Source: Mobula hypostoma (taxonomy: Eukaryota). From it: 64,000 bases of DNA. Positions 1 to 12,917 of the stretch are shown piece after piece. Under the pieces are notes generated by a model. It was given only the letters and a program-made list of their open reading frames with translations, had not been told where the DNA came from and did no database searches. The stretch's first letter is position 1. Every line of letters starts with the position of its first letter. The stretch covers positions 166,410,001 to 166,474,000 of the forward strand of contig NC_086097.1 in assembly GCF_963921235.1 (NCBI RefSeq). Reading direction: 5' to 3'. The translations under genes were made by a program, and so were the position numbers.

Positions 1-1058
1 ATTTAAGAGACCAGGAAAGATACTAGCATGGGTAAAGCAGTGCTGATTGGCAGGAGGCAAAGAGTGGGAATAAAAGGAGCCTTTTTTAGTTGGCTGCTGG
101 TGACTGGTGGTGTTTTGCAAGATTCTGAGTTGGGACTGCTTCTTTTTACGTTATATGTCAATGGATGATGGAATTGATGGCTTTCTGCTCAAGCTTGCAG
201 ACAATGTAAAGGTAGGTGGAGGGCAGGTGGTTCTGAGGAAGTAGAGAGGCTACAGAAGGACTTAGACACATTAGGAGAACGGACAAAGAAGTGGCAGACG
301 GAATTCTGCGTCGGAAAGTGTATGGCCATGAGTCTGGTAAAAGAAATAAAAGGGTAGACTATTTTCTAAATGGAGAGAAAATTCAAAAATCCAGGGGCAA
401 AGAGTCTTGGGAATCTTTGTACAGGATTCCCTAAAGGCTAATTTGCAGCTTGAGTTGGTGATGAGGAAGGCAAATACAATTTTTAGCATTCATTTCAAGA
501 AGGCTAGAATATAAAAGCAAAGGTGTAATGTTGAGGCTTTATAAGTACTTGGAGTATTGTGAGCACTTTTGGGCCCCTTATATAAGAAAGGATGGGCTGA
601 CATTAGAGTGTGTTCAAAGGAGGTTCACAAAAATGATTCCAGGATTGAAAGGCTTGTCATATGAAGAGCGCTTGATGGTTCTGGGCCTGTATTCACTGGA
701 ATTCTGAAGAATGAGGGATGACCTCATTGAAACCTTTCAAATGTTGAAAAGCCTCAATAGAGTGGATGTGAAGAGGATGTTTTTTATGGTAGGAGAGTCT
801 AAGACCAGAGGAAACAGTCTCGGAGAAGAAGGGTGTCCTTTTAGAACTCTTTAGCCAAAGGATGGTAAACCTGTCAAATTCATTGCTACAGGTTGGAGGC
901 CAAGTCATTGACTGTATTTAAGACCAACGTTGATAGATTCTTAATTGGTCAGGGTATGAACAGATACAGGGAGAAGGCAGGAGATTGGGGCTGAGAAGGA
1001 AAATAGATCAGCCATAATGAAATAGTCTAATTCTGTTCCTATATCTTATGATCTTATG
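1..1058 (+). mobile_element. CR1 LINE, RT C-terminal region and 3' UTR (degenerate, runs off window start)
   Basis: Decayed KFADD-like motif (aagcttgcagacaat), LEYCEHFWAP and QRRFTKMIPG segments, CR1-type tail ending tcttatgatcttatg. Confidence 0.9.
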
Positions 1059-2869
1059 TGTTTCATATTAAGCCAATGTTTCCTAGCTCCTGCATAATAT
1101 TTGGATTATAAAAAATATTTAGTTGCCTAGGATTGTCTCAAAATGTCTAATATTACTGATGTCCTTGGTGTTAGAAGATGTAGGTGGCATCTACCAATAA
1201 ACAGTTTACTGACAGCAGGGCTAACCGTTAGGTCTGGAATATGTCAACTCAAATATAGCAGAATACACAGACTGGGATTGCTATTGCAAAGTAATCAAGC
1301 TGTACAGATAAGGAAAGTATAAATAGATTTATGGGGCACATTGGACTGTGAATATTTCTAGATGGATGATGTGAGATGGATGAATAGAGGCTGCTTTAAT
1401 CTGGATATGCAGCTTGACCTTATTCTGAATCCTTCATATGCGGTAGGAGGTTATTAGTCCTATGTAGAGAAATCTTTGTAATCTGTTCCTTGGCATGCCT
1501 GAAGTACCAGTACCTGGCCAAAGAGGGAGAGCGGAACAATGTAAGGATAGAAAAGATGAGAACAATTTCAGAGTAATCATGCTCCAAGCAAGAAACCTGA
1601 TAACAATAGCATTCCTACAGTTGTAGTGGCTTGCAAGAACAGCCGCAAGGTGCACCTGAACTTTGGAGTCAAAGGATGTATGACCATGTCTCCTACCCTC
1701 ACCAACAGGAAAAATTCAACATGTGCCCAAATCTACATCTGAATCTTCCATTGTGGGGCTGAATCAAGACAGGCTCCAAATTCTGCAGACTGACATTAAA
1801 CAACATTTTATTTTCTCACCACAATCGGGCAAATGGTGATATTTCTGGTGTGTATTGTGCAGTGAAGTACCGAGTGTACTTTGTGTTTTGCCTGTAATGT
1901 ACATGTCTTCAGGTTGGGACTGAATCTTTAACTTCTAATGAAATAAAGGAAACAATATGTAGTAAAATCATATCATTTTCCATTTACTTTAAAATCTATG
2001 CAGAACATACACTATAGTTGGATTTTAGGCCTGGATTTTTCGCCCATATTTATATTCACCTGGAATTACTTTTAAAGATAATCAATTGCTTGCTTTGCTT
2101 TTTCTTTACAGCTGTTACCAGCTAGAACCAACATTCTTTAGTGTTTTATTTATATGTCTATTCTTCATGTCTGAGCCGAGCCAACTTGACCCAGTCTTGG
2201 CCTTAAAAGCAACAATCAGTTCTGCGATGGGAAAATGTCTTTATCTAGCTGTAAATTAAAGTTTGCAAGTTCTTATATGAGCCCTGGAAAAGGCAGGTTC
2301 AACCATCCTGATGCTGAACAGAACTGAATTGTCTAGAATTTTTCCAATGGCTCTTTGCTTCTGCATATCATTTGATCTGTAAAATAATTTCAGTTCTGCG
2401 AATTGGTCTAAGTTAATATAATATGTGCCTTTCTCCCAAAAGGGTGTTAAATACATGAACAACTATTTTTCAGTTCAATAGATCACAAGCAGACATCCAA
2501 ACTAAGAACAGTTAAAGCAGAATCAGAATCAGATTTATTATCACTGATAAATGTCATGAAATTTGTTGTTTTCTGGGAATAGTACAGTGCGAGACATAAC
2601 AAATTATTATGTTTGAACTTGTTCTTTTGTGGGAATAGTACAGTGCAAGACATAACAAATTATTACGTTTGAATAAAAACTAAAATGGTGCGGTGCAAAA
2701 CAGGAAGAGTGAAGCAGTGTTCATGGGTTCATGAACTTGATAGTCCAGGGGAAGATGGTGTTCCTAAGACATTCAGTGTGCATCTTAAGACTCCTATAGC
2801 CCCTCGCTGATGGTAGTAAGAAGACGACATGTCCCAGATGGTGAGGGTCCTTAAGCTTATCCAATGTTG

Positions 2870-3236
2870 TAAAGCTTCTTTTGATAGAGTACATGTGGAG
2901 AGGGTGTCTCCTATGGTGGGGAAGTCTAAAACCAAAGGACACAGCCTCAGAATAGAGGGGCATCCTTTTAGCACAGAGATGAGGAGGGATTTGTTCAGTC
3001 AGGGAGTGGTGAATCTGTGGAATTCTCTGCCAAAGGTGGCTGTATAGGTCATTGGGTATATTTAAGGCAAAGGTCGATAGATTCTTGATTAGTAAGAACA
3101 AGAGGAAATTGAGGATAAGGCAACGGATTGGGGATAAGAGGGAAATGGATCAGCCATGATGAAATGGCACAGCAGACTCAATGGGCCAAATGGCCTAATT
3201 CTGCACCGATATCTTGTGATCCTACGGTCTTATAGT
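2870..3236 (+). mobile_element. CR1 3' fragment nested in the Rex element
   Basis: DRVHVERVSPMVGKSKTKGHSLRIEG...VNLWNSLP followed by CR1 3' UTR. Confidence 0.85.
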
Positions 3237-3477
3237 CTTAATGATGGATGCCACCTTCTTGAGGGATGGCCTTTTGAAGATGTCCTCGATGATGGGGAGT
3301 CTTGTATCTCTGATGGAGTTGGCAGTGTCTACAACCTTTTGCAGACTCCTCCGATCCTGAGCATTGGAACTTCCTTACCAGGTAATGATACAAGCGGTCA
3401 GAGTTCTATCCACAGTCGAAATTTGCTAGAGTCTTTGGTGACATATCAGGTCTCATCAAAAAATGAAGTACAGCCGC

Positions 3478-3687
3478 CAACAACAAACAAGAGAAAATCT
3501 GCAGATGCTGGAAATCCAAAGCAACACGCACAATATGCTGCAGAACTTCCCCCACCTTCTTACTCTGACTCCTTATCTTTCTTTTCCAATCCTGGTGAAG
3601 AATATCAGCCCAAAACATCATCAATTTACTCTTTTCCACAGATCTGCCTGGCCTGCTGAGTTCCTCCAGCATTTTGTGTGTGTAGCG
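3478..3687. mobile_element. Short inverted pair of PLE 3' ends
   Basis: Minus-strand PLE end (gcagatgctggaaatccaaagcaacac) plus plus-strand end (gagttcctccagcattttgtgtgtgtagc); flanking tgaagtacagccgc (3464-3477) and tgaagtatagctgc (3688-3701). Confidence 0.75.
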
Positions 3688-4626
3688 TGAAGTATAGCTG
3701 CTGGTAACTGGATCACTATGTTGGGCCCAAGGTAGATCTTCTGAGGTGTTGACACCAGGAACTTGCAGCTTCTCACCCTTTCCTTTGCTGTCCCTCGATG
3801 AGGACTGATGGGTGTCTTCCCGACTTCCTCTTCCTGAAGTCCACAATCAATTCCTTGGTCTTGCTAGTGTTCAGTGCACTGTTGTTGTTTTAACAACACT
3901 CAGCCAGCCATTCTATCTCATTTATGTAGGCCTGCTCTTTGCCACTGCAGTTTCTGCCAACAATAGTCGAGTCATCAGCGAATTTATAGATGGCATTTGA
4001 GCTTTGCCTAGCCACACTGTCCTGATCCGTGTACACTGTACCATTGATTGGTGAACAAACCTGGAGTTTTCCTGAACAACGCAGTAACGTATAATGTTGA
4101 TCATTCATTACAGTGCTACATGATTCTGTTGGTGGGATTAATTACAGTGAAAATGATCTGGCATTTAGTGTATCATAAAATAAAATTTTATATTGAGAAT
4201 AGTGATGCTTTTTGATGTTTGAAATATTTGTGGTTATTTTCATGAGAGCTGTTTAAGAATATGAGTTCATTTTCCTCAGAGGCCTTCTAGCTATTTTGAC
4301 TCTTCTACTTTTCACTTTGTGTCAGCTTGGATGAACCTGAGGGTTGTGGTTTCTAGACCATAGCTTAGGTACAGTAGCATTGTAAATGAATTATTTGATC
4401 AGGGGAAGAGGGCTTCGATACATCATGGTCCTGTCCTCTCAACCCCCGCCCAATGTTCAGGCCAGTACAATGCAATGCTCATTGCAGTCCGGATCAGTCA
4501 GGAGATGGATAGGATTGTTGAGCAGCACACGTTGCAGCAGCAACTACTGGATGAGGAGCTGCCAGGTGCAGATTTGATGATCCAATCCAAAATGAATTTC
4601 AAAAGAAACATTTCTGTGAGAAAAAG

Positions 4627-7600
4627 GTGCTAATGGAAGGCTTACAACCAGAAGTTGTGATACATGTTGGGACGAATGACATAGGCAGGAAGAGGGATGA
4701 GGTCCTGAAGTGTGAGTTTCGGGAACTAGGCAGAAGGCTGAAGAACAGGACCTCAAGGGTGGCGTTCTCAGGATTGCTGCCAGTGCTACGTGACAGTGAT
4801 GGTAAGAATTGGCGGAGATGGCAGTTGAATGCGTAGCTGAGGAGTTGGTGCAGGGAGCAGAGTTTTAGATTTTTGGATCATTGGGATCTCTTCTGGGGAA
4901 AGTGGGACCTGTACGGATTGGATGGGTTGCACCTGAACTCGAGGGGGAGCAATATCCTTGCAGGTAGGTTTGCTAGCATGGTTCGGGAGCGTTTAAACTA
5001 ATTTGCAAGGGGGATGGGACCCTGAGCGATAGAGCAGTGAAAGAAGTGCATGGAGTAAAGCCAGATCTTAGAGACGCTTTGAGGAAAGAGAAGCAGAATA
5101 AATGGTGTAAAGGTAGTAAGGCAGAAGGGCTGAAGTGTGTGTACCTCAATGCAAGAAGCATCAGGAACAAAGGTGATGAACTGAGAGCTTGGATACATAC
5201 ATGGAATTATGATGTAGTGGCTATTACAGAGACTTGGCTGGCACCGGGGCAGGAGTGGGTTCTCAATATTCCTGGATTTCAGTGCTTTAAAAGGGATAGA
5301 GAGGGGGGGGAAAAGGGGAGGAGGGGTGGCATTACTGGTCAGGGATACTATTACAGCTACAGAAAGGGTGGGTAATGTAGCAGGATCCTCTTTTGAGTCA
5401 ATATGGGTGGAAGTCAGGAACAGGAAGGGAGCAGTTACTGTACTGGGGGCATTCTATAGGCCCCCTGGTAGCAGCAGAGATACAGAGGAGCAGATTGGGA
5501 GGCAGATTTTGGAAAGGTGCAAAAATAACATGGTTGTTATCATGGGTGACTTTAACTTCCCTAATATTGATTGGCACCTGATTAGTTCCAAGGGTTTAGT
5601 TGGGGCAAAGTTTGTTAAGTGTGTCCAGGACGGATTCCTGTCACAGTATGTGGACAGGCCGACTAGGGGGAATGCCATACTAGATCTAGTACTAGGTAAT
5701 GAACCGGGTCAGGTCACAGATCTCTCAGTGGGTGAGCATCTGGGGGACAGTGATCACTGCTCCCTGGCCTTTAGCATTATCGTGGAAAAGGATAGAATCA
5801 GAGAGGACAAGAAAATTTTAATTGGGGAAGGGCAAATAATGAGGCTATAAGGCTAGAACTTGTGGATGTGAATTGGGATGATGTTTTTGCTGGGAAATGT
5901 ACTATGGACATGTGGTCGATGTTTAGAGATCTCTTGCAGGATGTTAGGGATAAATTTGTCCCGGTGAGGAAGATAAAGAATGGTAAGATGAAGGAACCAT
6001 GGGTGACAAGTGAGGTGGAAAATCTAGTCAGGTGGAATAAGGCAGCATACATGAGGCTTAGGAAGCAAGGATCAGATGGGTCTATTGAGGAATATAGGGA
6101 AGCAAGAAAGGAGCTTAAGAAAGGGCTGAGAAGAGCAAGAAGGGGGCATGAGAAGGCCTTGGCAAGTAGGGTAAAGGAAAACCCCAAGGCATTCTTCAAT
6201 TATGTGAAGAACAAAAGGATGACAGGACTGAAGGTAGGACCGATTAGAGATAAAGGTGGGAAGATGTGCCTGGAGGTTGTGGAAGTGAGCGAGGTTCTCA
6301 ATGAATACTTCTCTTCGGTATTCACCAATGAGAGGGAACGATGATGATGAGGACAATATGAGTGAGGTTGATGCTCTGGAGCACGTTGATATTAAGGGAG
6401 AGGAGGTGTTGGAATTGTTAAAATACATTAGGACGGATAAGTCCCCGGGGCCTGATGGAATATTCCCCAGGCTGCTCCATGAGGCGAGGGAAGAGATTTC
6501 TGAGCCTCTAGCTAGGATCTTTATATCCTCGTTGTCCACGGGCATGGTACCGGAGGATTGGAGGGAGGCGAATGTTGTCCCCTTGTTCAAAATGTAGTAG
6601 GGATAGTCTGGGTAATTATAGATCAGTGAGCCCTACGTCTGTGGTGGGAAAGCTGTTGGAAAAGATTCTTAGAGATAGGATCTCTGGGCATTTGGAGAAT
6701 CATGGTCTGATCAGGGACAGTCAGCATGGCTTTGTGAAGGGCAGATCATGTCTAACAAGCCTGATAAGAGTTCTTTGAGGAGGTGATCAGGCATATAGAT
6801 GAGGGTAGTGCAGTGGATGTGATCTATATGGATTTTATTAAGGTATTTGACAAAGTTCCACACGGTAGGCTTATTCGGAAAGTCAGAATGCATGGGATCC
6901 AGGGAATTTTGGCCAGTGGATTCAGAATTGGCTTGCCTGCAGAAGGCAGAGGGTCGTGGTGGAGGGAGTACATTCAGATTGGAGGATTGTGACTATTGGT
7001 GTCCCACAAGGATCTGTTCTGGGACCTCTACTTTTCGTGATTTTTATTAACGACCTGGATGTGGGGGTAGAGGGGTGGGTTGGCAAGTTTGCAGATGACA
7101 CAAAGGTTGGTGGTGTTGTACATAATGTAGAGGATTGTCAAAGATTGCAGAGAGACATTGATAGGATACAGAAGTGGGCTGAGAAGTGGCAGATGGAGTT
7201 CAACCCAGAGAAGTGTGAGGTGGTACACTTTGGAAGGACAAACTCCAAGGCAGAGTACAAAGTAAATGGCAGGATACTTGGTAGTGTGGAAGAGCAGAGG
7301 GATCTGGGGGTACATGCCCACAGATCCCTGAAAGTTGCCTCACAGGTAGATAGGGTAGTTAAGAAAGCTTATGGGGTGTTAGCTTTCATAAGTCGAGGGA
7401 TAGAGTTTAAGAGTCGCAATGTAATGATGCAACTTTATAAAACTCTGTTTAGGCCACAATTGGAGTACTGTGTCCAGTTTTGGTTGCCTCACTATAGGAA
7501 GGATGTGGAAGCATTGGAAAGGGTACAGAGGAAATTTACCAGGATGCTGCCTGGTTTAGAGAGTATGCATTATGATCAGAGATTAAGGGAGCTAGGGCTT

Positions 7601-7980
7601 TACTCTTTGGAGAGAAGGACGATGAGAGGAGACATGATAGAGGTGTACAAGATAATAAGAGGAATAGATAGAGTGGATAGCCAGCACCTCTTCCCCAGGG
7701 CACCACTGCTCAGTACAAGAGGACATGGCTTTTAGGTAAGAGGTGGGAAGTTCAAGGTGGATAGTAGACGAAGGTTTTTTACTCAGAGAGTGGTTGGTGC
7801 GTGGAATGCACTGCCTGAGTCTGTGGTGGAGGCAGATACACTCGTGAAATTTAAGAGACTACTAGACAGGTATATGGAGGAATTTAAGGTGGGGGCTTAT
7901 ATGGGAGGCAGGGTTTGAGGGTCGGCACAACATTGTGGGCTGAAGGGCCTGCAATGTGCTGTACTATTCTATGTTCTATG
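4627..7980 (+). mobile_element. Young CR1 LINE, 5'-truncated: ORF1 esterase C-half plus frameshifted EN-RT ORF2
   Basis: VVIHVGTNDIGR (SGNH esterase); YLNARSI, ITETWL, GDFNFP and SDH (APE endonuclease); KSPGPDG, GVPQGSVLGP, KFADD (RT); tail tattctatgttctatg. Confidence 0.97.
5124..7880 (+). pseudogene. CR1 ORF2 (APE endonuclease + reverse transcriptase), broken by frameshifts and stops
   Basis: Consecutive ORF pieces 5037-5375, 5326-5850, 5862-6344, 6301-6597, 6572-6778, 6783-6992 and 6956-7735 tile one ORF2. Confidence 0.93.
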
Positions 7981-8861
7981 TGGGAGGGAAGGGTTAAATT
8001 GATCTTGGAGTAGGTTAAAAGGTCACCACAACATCATGGGCTGAAGGGGCCTGTACTGTATAGCATAGTACTGTTCTTATCAATGTGGAGCAAAGAATGG
8101 GTTTGTTAATCTGGTGGGAGCAAAGTATGTTGGGAATGGTGAGGGTGCAGTGCTATGGGAGGGGACTGGACAAGTAACAGAGAGGAGTGCGAGGGGTGGG
8201 GTTAGCACAAGTGGAGACGCACACAGTCCTGAGACACCAGGCATGGTCATTTGATTGAAAACAATTGGTTTATTGATCATTACAGAATGTCTCTCTAGTG
8301 ATTCCTGCTCCTTCCCCTCTCCTTTTCCCTTTTCCCAATGATTCCCCTTTCCCTGCCTCCATCACACTCTTGGTATAAGATAGAGACCCGTATCAGAATC
8401 AGGTTTATCATCACTTGTATACATTATGAAATGTGTTTCTTTGTGGCATTAGTACAGTGCAATAGATAAAATTGCTGCAGTCCTGTTCATTAGTCTTAGG
8501 CACCCCAGCTATATTCAGTATATGTGCCTAAGCCTTCTGCATTCTAATGGAAGGTACAAATGCATTACAAACATAGAAACAATTGTGAAGGAAACCGGTA
8601 AACATTGGGTACAGCTTTAAGTTGAGAAAGGGGAAGTGTAAAAGGGATGTGCAGGGTAAATTTTTCCAGAGGGTGGCTGGAAAATGCCTCCTGTTGTGGT
8701 AGAGCAAACAGACATAATAGTGGCATTTAACGAGCACGTGAACATGAAGAGGCAGGGAATGGGTCAGTATACACAAAATACTCAGCAGATACTGGGATCA
8801 AAGCAACACTAATAACACGCTGGAGGAAATCAGCAGGTCGGGCAGCATCCGTGGAAAAGAT

Positions 8862-8899
8862 CAGTCGACGTTTCAGGCCGGAACCCTTCGTCAGGACTG
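8862..8899 (-). ncRNA. Minimal type I hammerhead ribozyme motif in PLE pLTR
   Basis: Minus strand cagtc-CTGACGA-agggttccggcct-GAAAC-GTC-gactg: CUGANGA and GAAA cores, stem I cagtc/gactg, GUC site. Confidence 0.8.
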
Positions 8900-10065
8900 T
8901 GGAGGGGAGGGGCAGAGGCCCTATAAAGAAAGTCGGGGAGGGTGGGAAGGAGAAGGCTGGTAGGTTCCAGGTGAAAAACCAGTAAGGGGAAAGATAAAGG
9001 GGTGGGAGAGGGGAAGCAGGGAGGTGATAGACAGGAAAGGCAAAGAAGGAATAGGGGAAAACACAATGGGTAGTAGAAGGAGGTGGAACCATGAGGGAGG
9101 TGATAGGCAGCTGGGGGAGGGGGCAGAGTGACATAGAGATAGGGGAAGGGAGGGGGAGGGAATTACTGGAAGTTGGAGAATTCTATATGCATACCAAGGG
9201 GCTGGAGATTACCCAGATGGTATATGAGGTGTTGCTCCTCCAACCTGAGTTTAGCCTCATCATAGCAGTAGAGGAGGCCATGTATGGACATATCTGAATG
9301 GGAGTGGGAAGCAGAGCTGAAGTGGGTGGCTACTGGGAGATCCTGTCTGTCTTGGTGGACGGAGTGGAGGTGCTCAACGAAGCGGTCCCCCAATCTGCGT
9401 CAGGTCTCACCAATCTGGAGGAGGCCGCACCGGGAGCACCAGATGCAATAGACGACCCCAACAGACTCAGAAGTGAAGTGTTGCCTCACTTGGAAGGATT
9501 ATTTGGGGCCCTGAATGGTGGCAAGGGAGGAGGTGTAGGGACAGGTGTAGCAGGTGTAGAAACCCGACACAGATTGGGGGACCGCTTCGTCGAGCACCTC
9601 CGCTCCGTCCACCAAGACAGACAGGATCTCCCAGCAGCCACCCACTTCAACTCTGCTTCCCAATCCCATTCAGATATGTCCATACATGGCCTCCTCTACT
9701 GCCATGATGAGGCTAAACTCAGGTTGGAGGAGCACCTCATATACCGTCTAGGTAGTCTCCAGTCCCTTGGTATGAACATAGAATTCTCCAACTTCCGGTA
9801 ATTCCCTCCCCCTCCCTTCCCCTATCCCTATGTCACTCTGCCCCCTCCCCCAGCTGCCTATCACCTCCCTCATGGTTCCACCTCCTTCTACTACCCATTG
9901 TGTTTTCCCCTATTCCTTCTTCACCTTTCCTGCCTATCACCTCCCTGCTTCCCTTCCCCCATCCCTTTATCTTTCCCCTTACTGGTTTTTCACCTGGAAC
10001 CTACCAGCCTTCTCCTTCCCACCCTCCCCCCACCTTCTTTATAGGGCCTCTGCCCCTTCCCTCTA

Positions 10066-10103
10066 CAGTCCTGACGAAGGGTTCCGGCCCGAAATGTCGA
10101 CCG
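10066..10103 (+). ncRNA. Hammerhead ribozyme motif in second PLE arm (slightly mutated)
   Basis: cagtcCTGACGAagggttccggcccGAAATgtcgaccg. Confidence 0.7.
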
Positions 10104-10332
10104 ATCTTTTCCACGGATGCTGCTCGACCTGCTGAGTTCCTCCAGCGTGTTGTGAGTGTTGCATGGGTCAGTATGAATGGCCAGGTAGGCTTGAGGGGTC
10201 TGGTGCTCAGTCATGCACCTATTACATTCCTGTGTTCGAGTAAAACGAAACTAGAGAATGTATTTCTTGATGTAGGTTAAATAAAGACTTTAGGAAGTAT
10301 CTGGGAAATAAACCTTATTTAGTTCACTAAAA

Positions 10333-10579
10333 GAGGTGGCACGATGCTGCAGCGAGCCAAATTGCTGCCTCACAAGTCTAACAATCCATGCTCAGTCCTG
10401 ATCGCTGGAGCGGCCTGTGTAGAGTTTGTATGTGCTTCTTGTGACCTTGTGAGTTTCCTCTCGATTTTCCAGTTTCCTCTCACATTTTTAAGAGTGTATC
10501 AGATTAACAGGTTATTTGGCCAATTGCCCCTAAGTGTGTAGCAAGTGATAGTATCGGTGGGGGGAAAACGAGTTAAAGG
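10333..10579 (+). mobile_element. tRNA-derived V-SINE (HE1-like), 5' part; tail resumes at about 12925-13020
   Basis: ggtggcacgatgctgcagcg head; V-domain-like ctgtgtagagtttgtatgt...gtttcctctc...ccagtttcctctcaca; CR1-type tail aagggcctgt after the CR1 insertion. Confidence 0.7.
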
Positions 10580-12917
10580 CAAAGTGGGGAGGTTGCTGGC
10601 TCTCGTTTAAAAAGCAGAGCTTCACAGACATTTCTGTCATTCCGATGGCCCAGTCAGCAGTGGGAGCACAGCACAGCGGGGAGATTACTTGCAGATCGGT
10701 GCTGCTTGTTTAAAAAGGAGTGCTTTGTGGGCGATCAGTCTCACTCCAGCGGCCCCACCAGCGGCAGGAGTAGCGCACAGCGAGGAGATTACTTGCAGGG
10801 CAGCGGCATTTGGTGTCGTTCCGGCAGCCCAATCAGTGGCAGGAGCAGCACAGAGAGGAGTAATAAAAGTACAGAAATGACAAGCGGAGGGGCTATTGTT
10901 GGGAATGGGCCAGTGGTGAGAGTGGGAGTGTCAGGCTTTGGCTCAAAGGAGGCTTTGGTGCGGAAGAGGCATCGGCTCTGGGTAAGTTTCTGTTAAGTTG
11001 CCCTTTCTTCTTACTGTGTCAGGGGTATTTACTGTAGTTTAAATGGCCGTTGTGTGTTCTTCATGCCGGATATTGGAGTCCTGGGAGACCTGAAGTCTCC
11101 CAGGGAACTACATCTGTGTGGAGTGCATCCAGCTGCAGTTACTTGAAGACTGTGTTAGGGATCTGGAGCAGCAGCTGGATGATCTTTGGCTTGTACAGGA
11201 AAGTGAGGAGATCATCGATCAGAGTGACAAGGAAGTAGTCACCCCACAGTTGCAGGAGGCGGGTAGCTGGGTGACTGTCAGGAGAAGGAATGTGAAGGTG
11301 AATAGGCAGCTAGTGCAGAGCACCCCGTGGCCACTCCCCACAATAATAAATATATTGTTCTGAATACTGTTGTGGGGGATGACCTCCCAGGGGAATGGCA
11401 CCGAGTGCAGGTTATTGGCACTGAGCATGGGTCTGTGGTGCAGAAGGGAAAGAGGGAGAAGAGGGGAATGGTAGTGATAGGGGGCTCAATAGACAAAGGA
11501 ACCGACGGGTGATTCTGTAGATGTGCACAGGACACCAAGATGGTATGTAACCCAGGAGCCAGTGTTAGGGACGTCTCAGATCATGTACACAGCATCTTGG
11601 AGGGGAAGGAAGAGCAGCCAGATGTCTTGGTACATATTGGTACCAATGAGATAGGAAGGAAAAGCAAAGGGGTCCTGAAGAGAGAATTTAGAGCGTTAGG
11701 CAGACAGCTGAGAAGCTAGCAAACAATATCAAGGTGGATAGAAAAAGCTTTTTCAAGTATATAAAAAATAAAAGAGAGGTGAAAGTGGAGAGAGGACCAC
11801 TAGGAAAAGAGGCCAGAGAAATGATAACAGGGGACAAGGACATGGCAGATAAACTAAATGAATATTTTGCATCAGTCTTCACTATGGAAGGCACTAGCAG
11901 TTTGCCAGTTGTCAAAGGGTGTGAGGGAAGAGAAGTGACTGCTGTTACTATTACAAGGGAGAAGGAACTCAAAAAGCTGAAAGACCTAAAGGTATGTAAG
12001 TCACCAGGATCAGATAAACTTCAATAATTTTTGATGGTCTGTTGCCAAGTTTGCAGATGATATGAAGGTTGGTGGAGGGTTAGATAGTGTTGAGGAAGCA
12101 GGAAGGCTGCAGAAAGACTTAGATTAGGAGAATGGGCAAGGAAGTGGCAAATGAAATACAATGTTGGAAAGTTCATGTTCATGTAGAAGAAATAAATGCA
12201 CAGATTATTTTCTAAGTGGGGAGAAAAAAAATCCAAATACCTGAGATCGGTAGTGCGGAAGGCAAATGCAATGTTGGCATTCATATCAAGAGGTCTAGAA
12301 CATAAGAGCTGGGATGTGGTGCTGAGGCTTTATAAGGCGCTGGTGAGGCCTCACCTTGAGTATTGTGAACAGTTTTGGGCTCCTTATCTAAGAAAAGATG
12401 TACTGATATTGGAGAGGGTTCAGAGGAGGTTCACAAGGATGATTTCAGGAATGAAAGGGTCATTATTTGAGGAACGTTTGATGGCTCTGGGCCTGCACTC
12501 GCTCGAATTTAGAAGTATGAGGGGGAGGGGATCTCATTAAAATCTTTTCAATGTTGAAAGGCCTAGACAGAGTAGACGTGGAGAGGATGTTTCCTATGGT
12601 GGGGGAGTCTAGGACAAGAGGGCGCAGTCTCTGGATAGAGGGGCAACCATTTAAAACAGAGATGCGGAGAAATTTTTTTAGCCAGAGGATGATGAATTTG
12701 TGGAATTTATTACCACAGGCAGCTGTGAAGGCGGTGTGACATTGGGTGTACTTAAGGTGGAGATTGATGGGTTCTTGATTCGCCACGGCATCAAAGGTTA
12801 CAGGGAGAAGGCCAGGGAGTGAGGCTGAGCAGGGGGAAAAAAGGATCAGCCATGAATGAATGGTGGAGCAGACTCGATGGGCGAAATGACCTAATTCTGC
12901 TCCTATGTCTTGTGGTT
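10580..12917 (+). mobile_element. CR1 with both termini but large internal deletions, inserted in the V-SINE
   Basis: Repetitive 5' UTR; ORF1 from 11043 (CSSC...CVEC, LEQQLDDL zipper, VHIGTNEIGR); jumps to ORF2 tether at about 11716 and to KFADD at about 12020-12050; 7-bp TSD ttaaagg at 10573-10579 and 12918-12924. Confidence 0.85.

Larger units (their letters stand above)
2518..4010 (-). mobile_element. Rex1/Babar LINE 3' part, interrupted by a CR1 fragment and a mini-PLE
   Basis: Minus ORF NAIYKFADDSTIVG...LAEC (3890-4108); SARGYRSLKMHT...TIFPWTIKFMN C-terminus; (cagaat)n tail at 2518-2532. Confidence 0.8.
8771..10162. mobile_element. Neptune-type Penelope-like element as an inverted pair (GIY-YIG C-terminus + 3' pLTR on both strands), inserted in an old CR1 3' end
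   Basis: Near-identical translations on both strands (GDRFVEHL...ATHF...RLEE...GMxIEFSNF); arms 8803-9408 and about 9558-10162; perfect 12-bp TSD atgggtcagtat at 8759-8770 and 10163-10174. Confidence 0.95.

Noticed and set aside
2563..2673. 56-bp tandem duplication
   Set aside because: Real but an ordinary local duplication inside a Rex 3' UTR.
4364..4633. About 90 open codons in a frame not listed in the ORF track (…ISQEMDRIVEQHTLQQQLLDEELPG…)
   Set aside because: Looks protein-like but I recognise no family and find no strong splice sites.
9298..9801. 167-aa ORF as a novel fusion protein
   Set aside because: Antisense PLE frame running across the inversion junction into the sense GIY-YIG C-terminus; a by-product of the palindrome.
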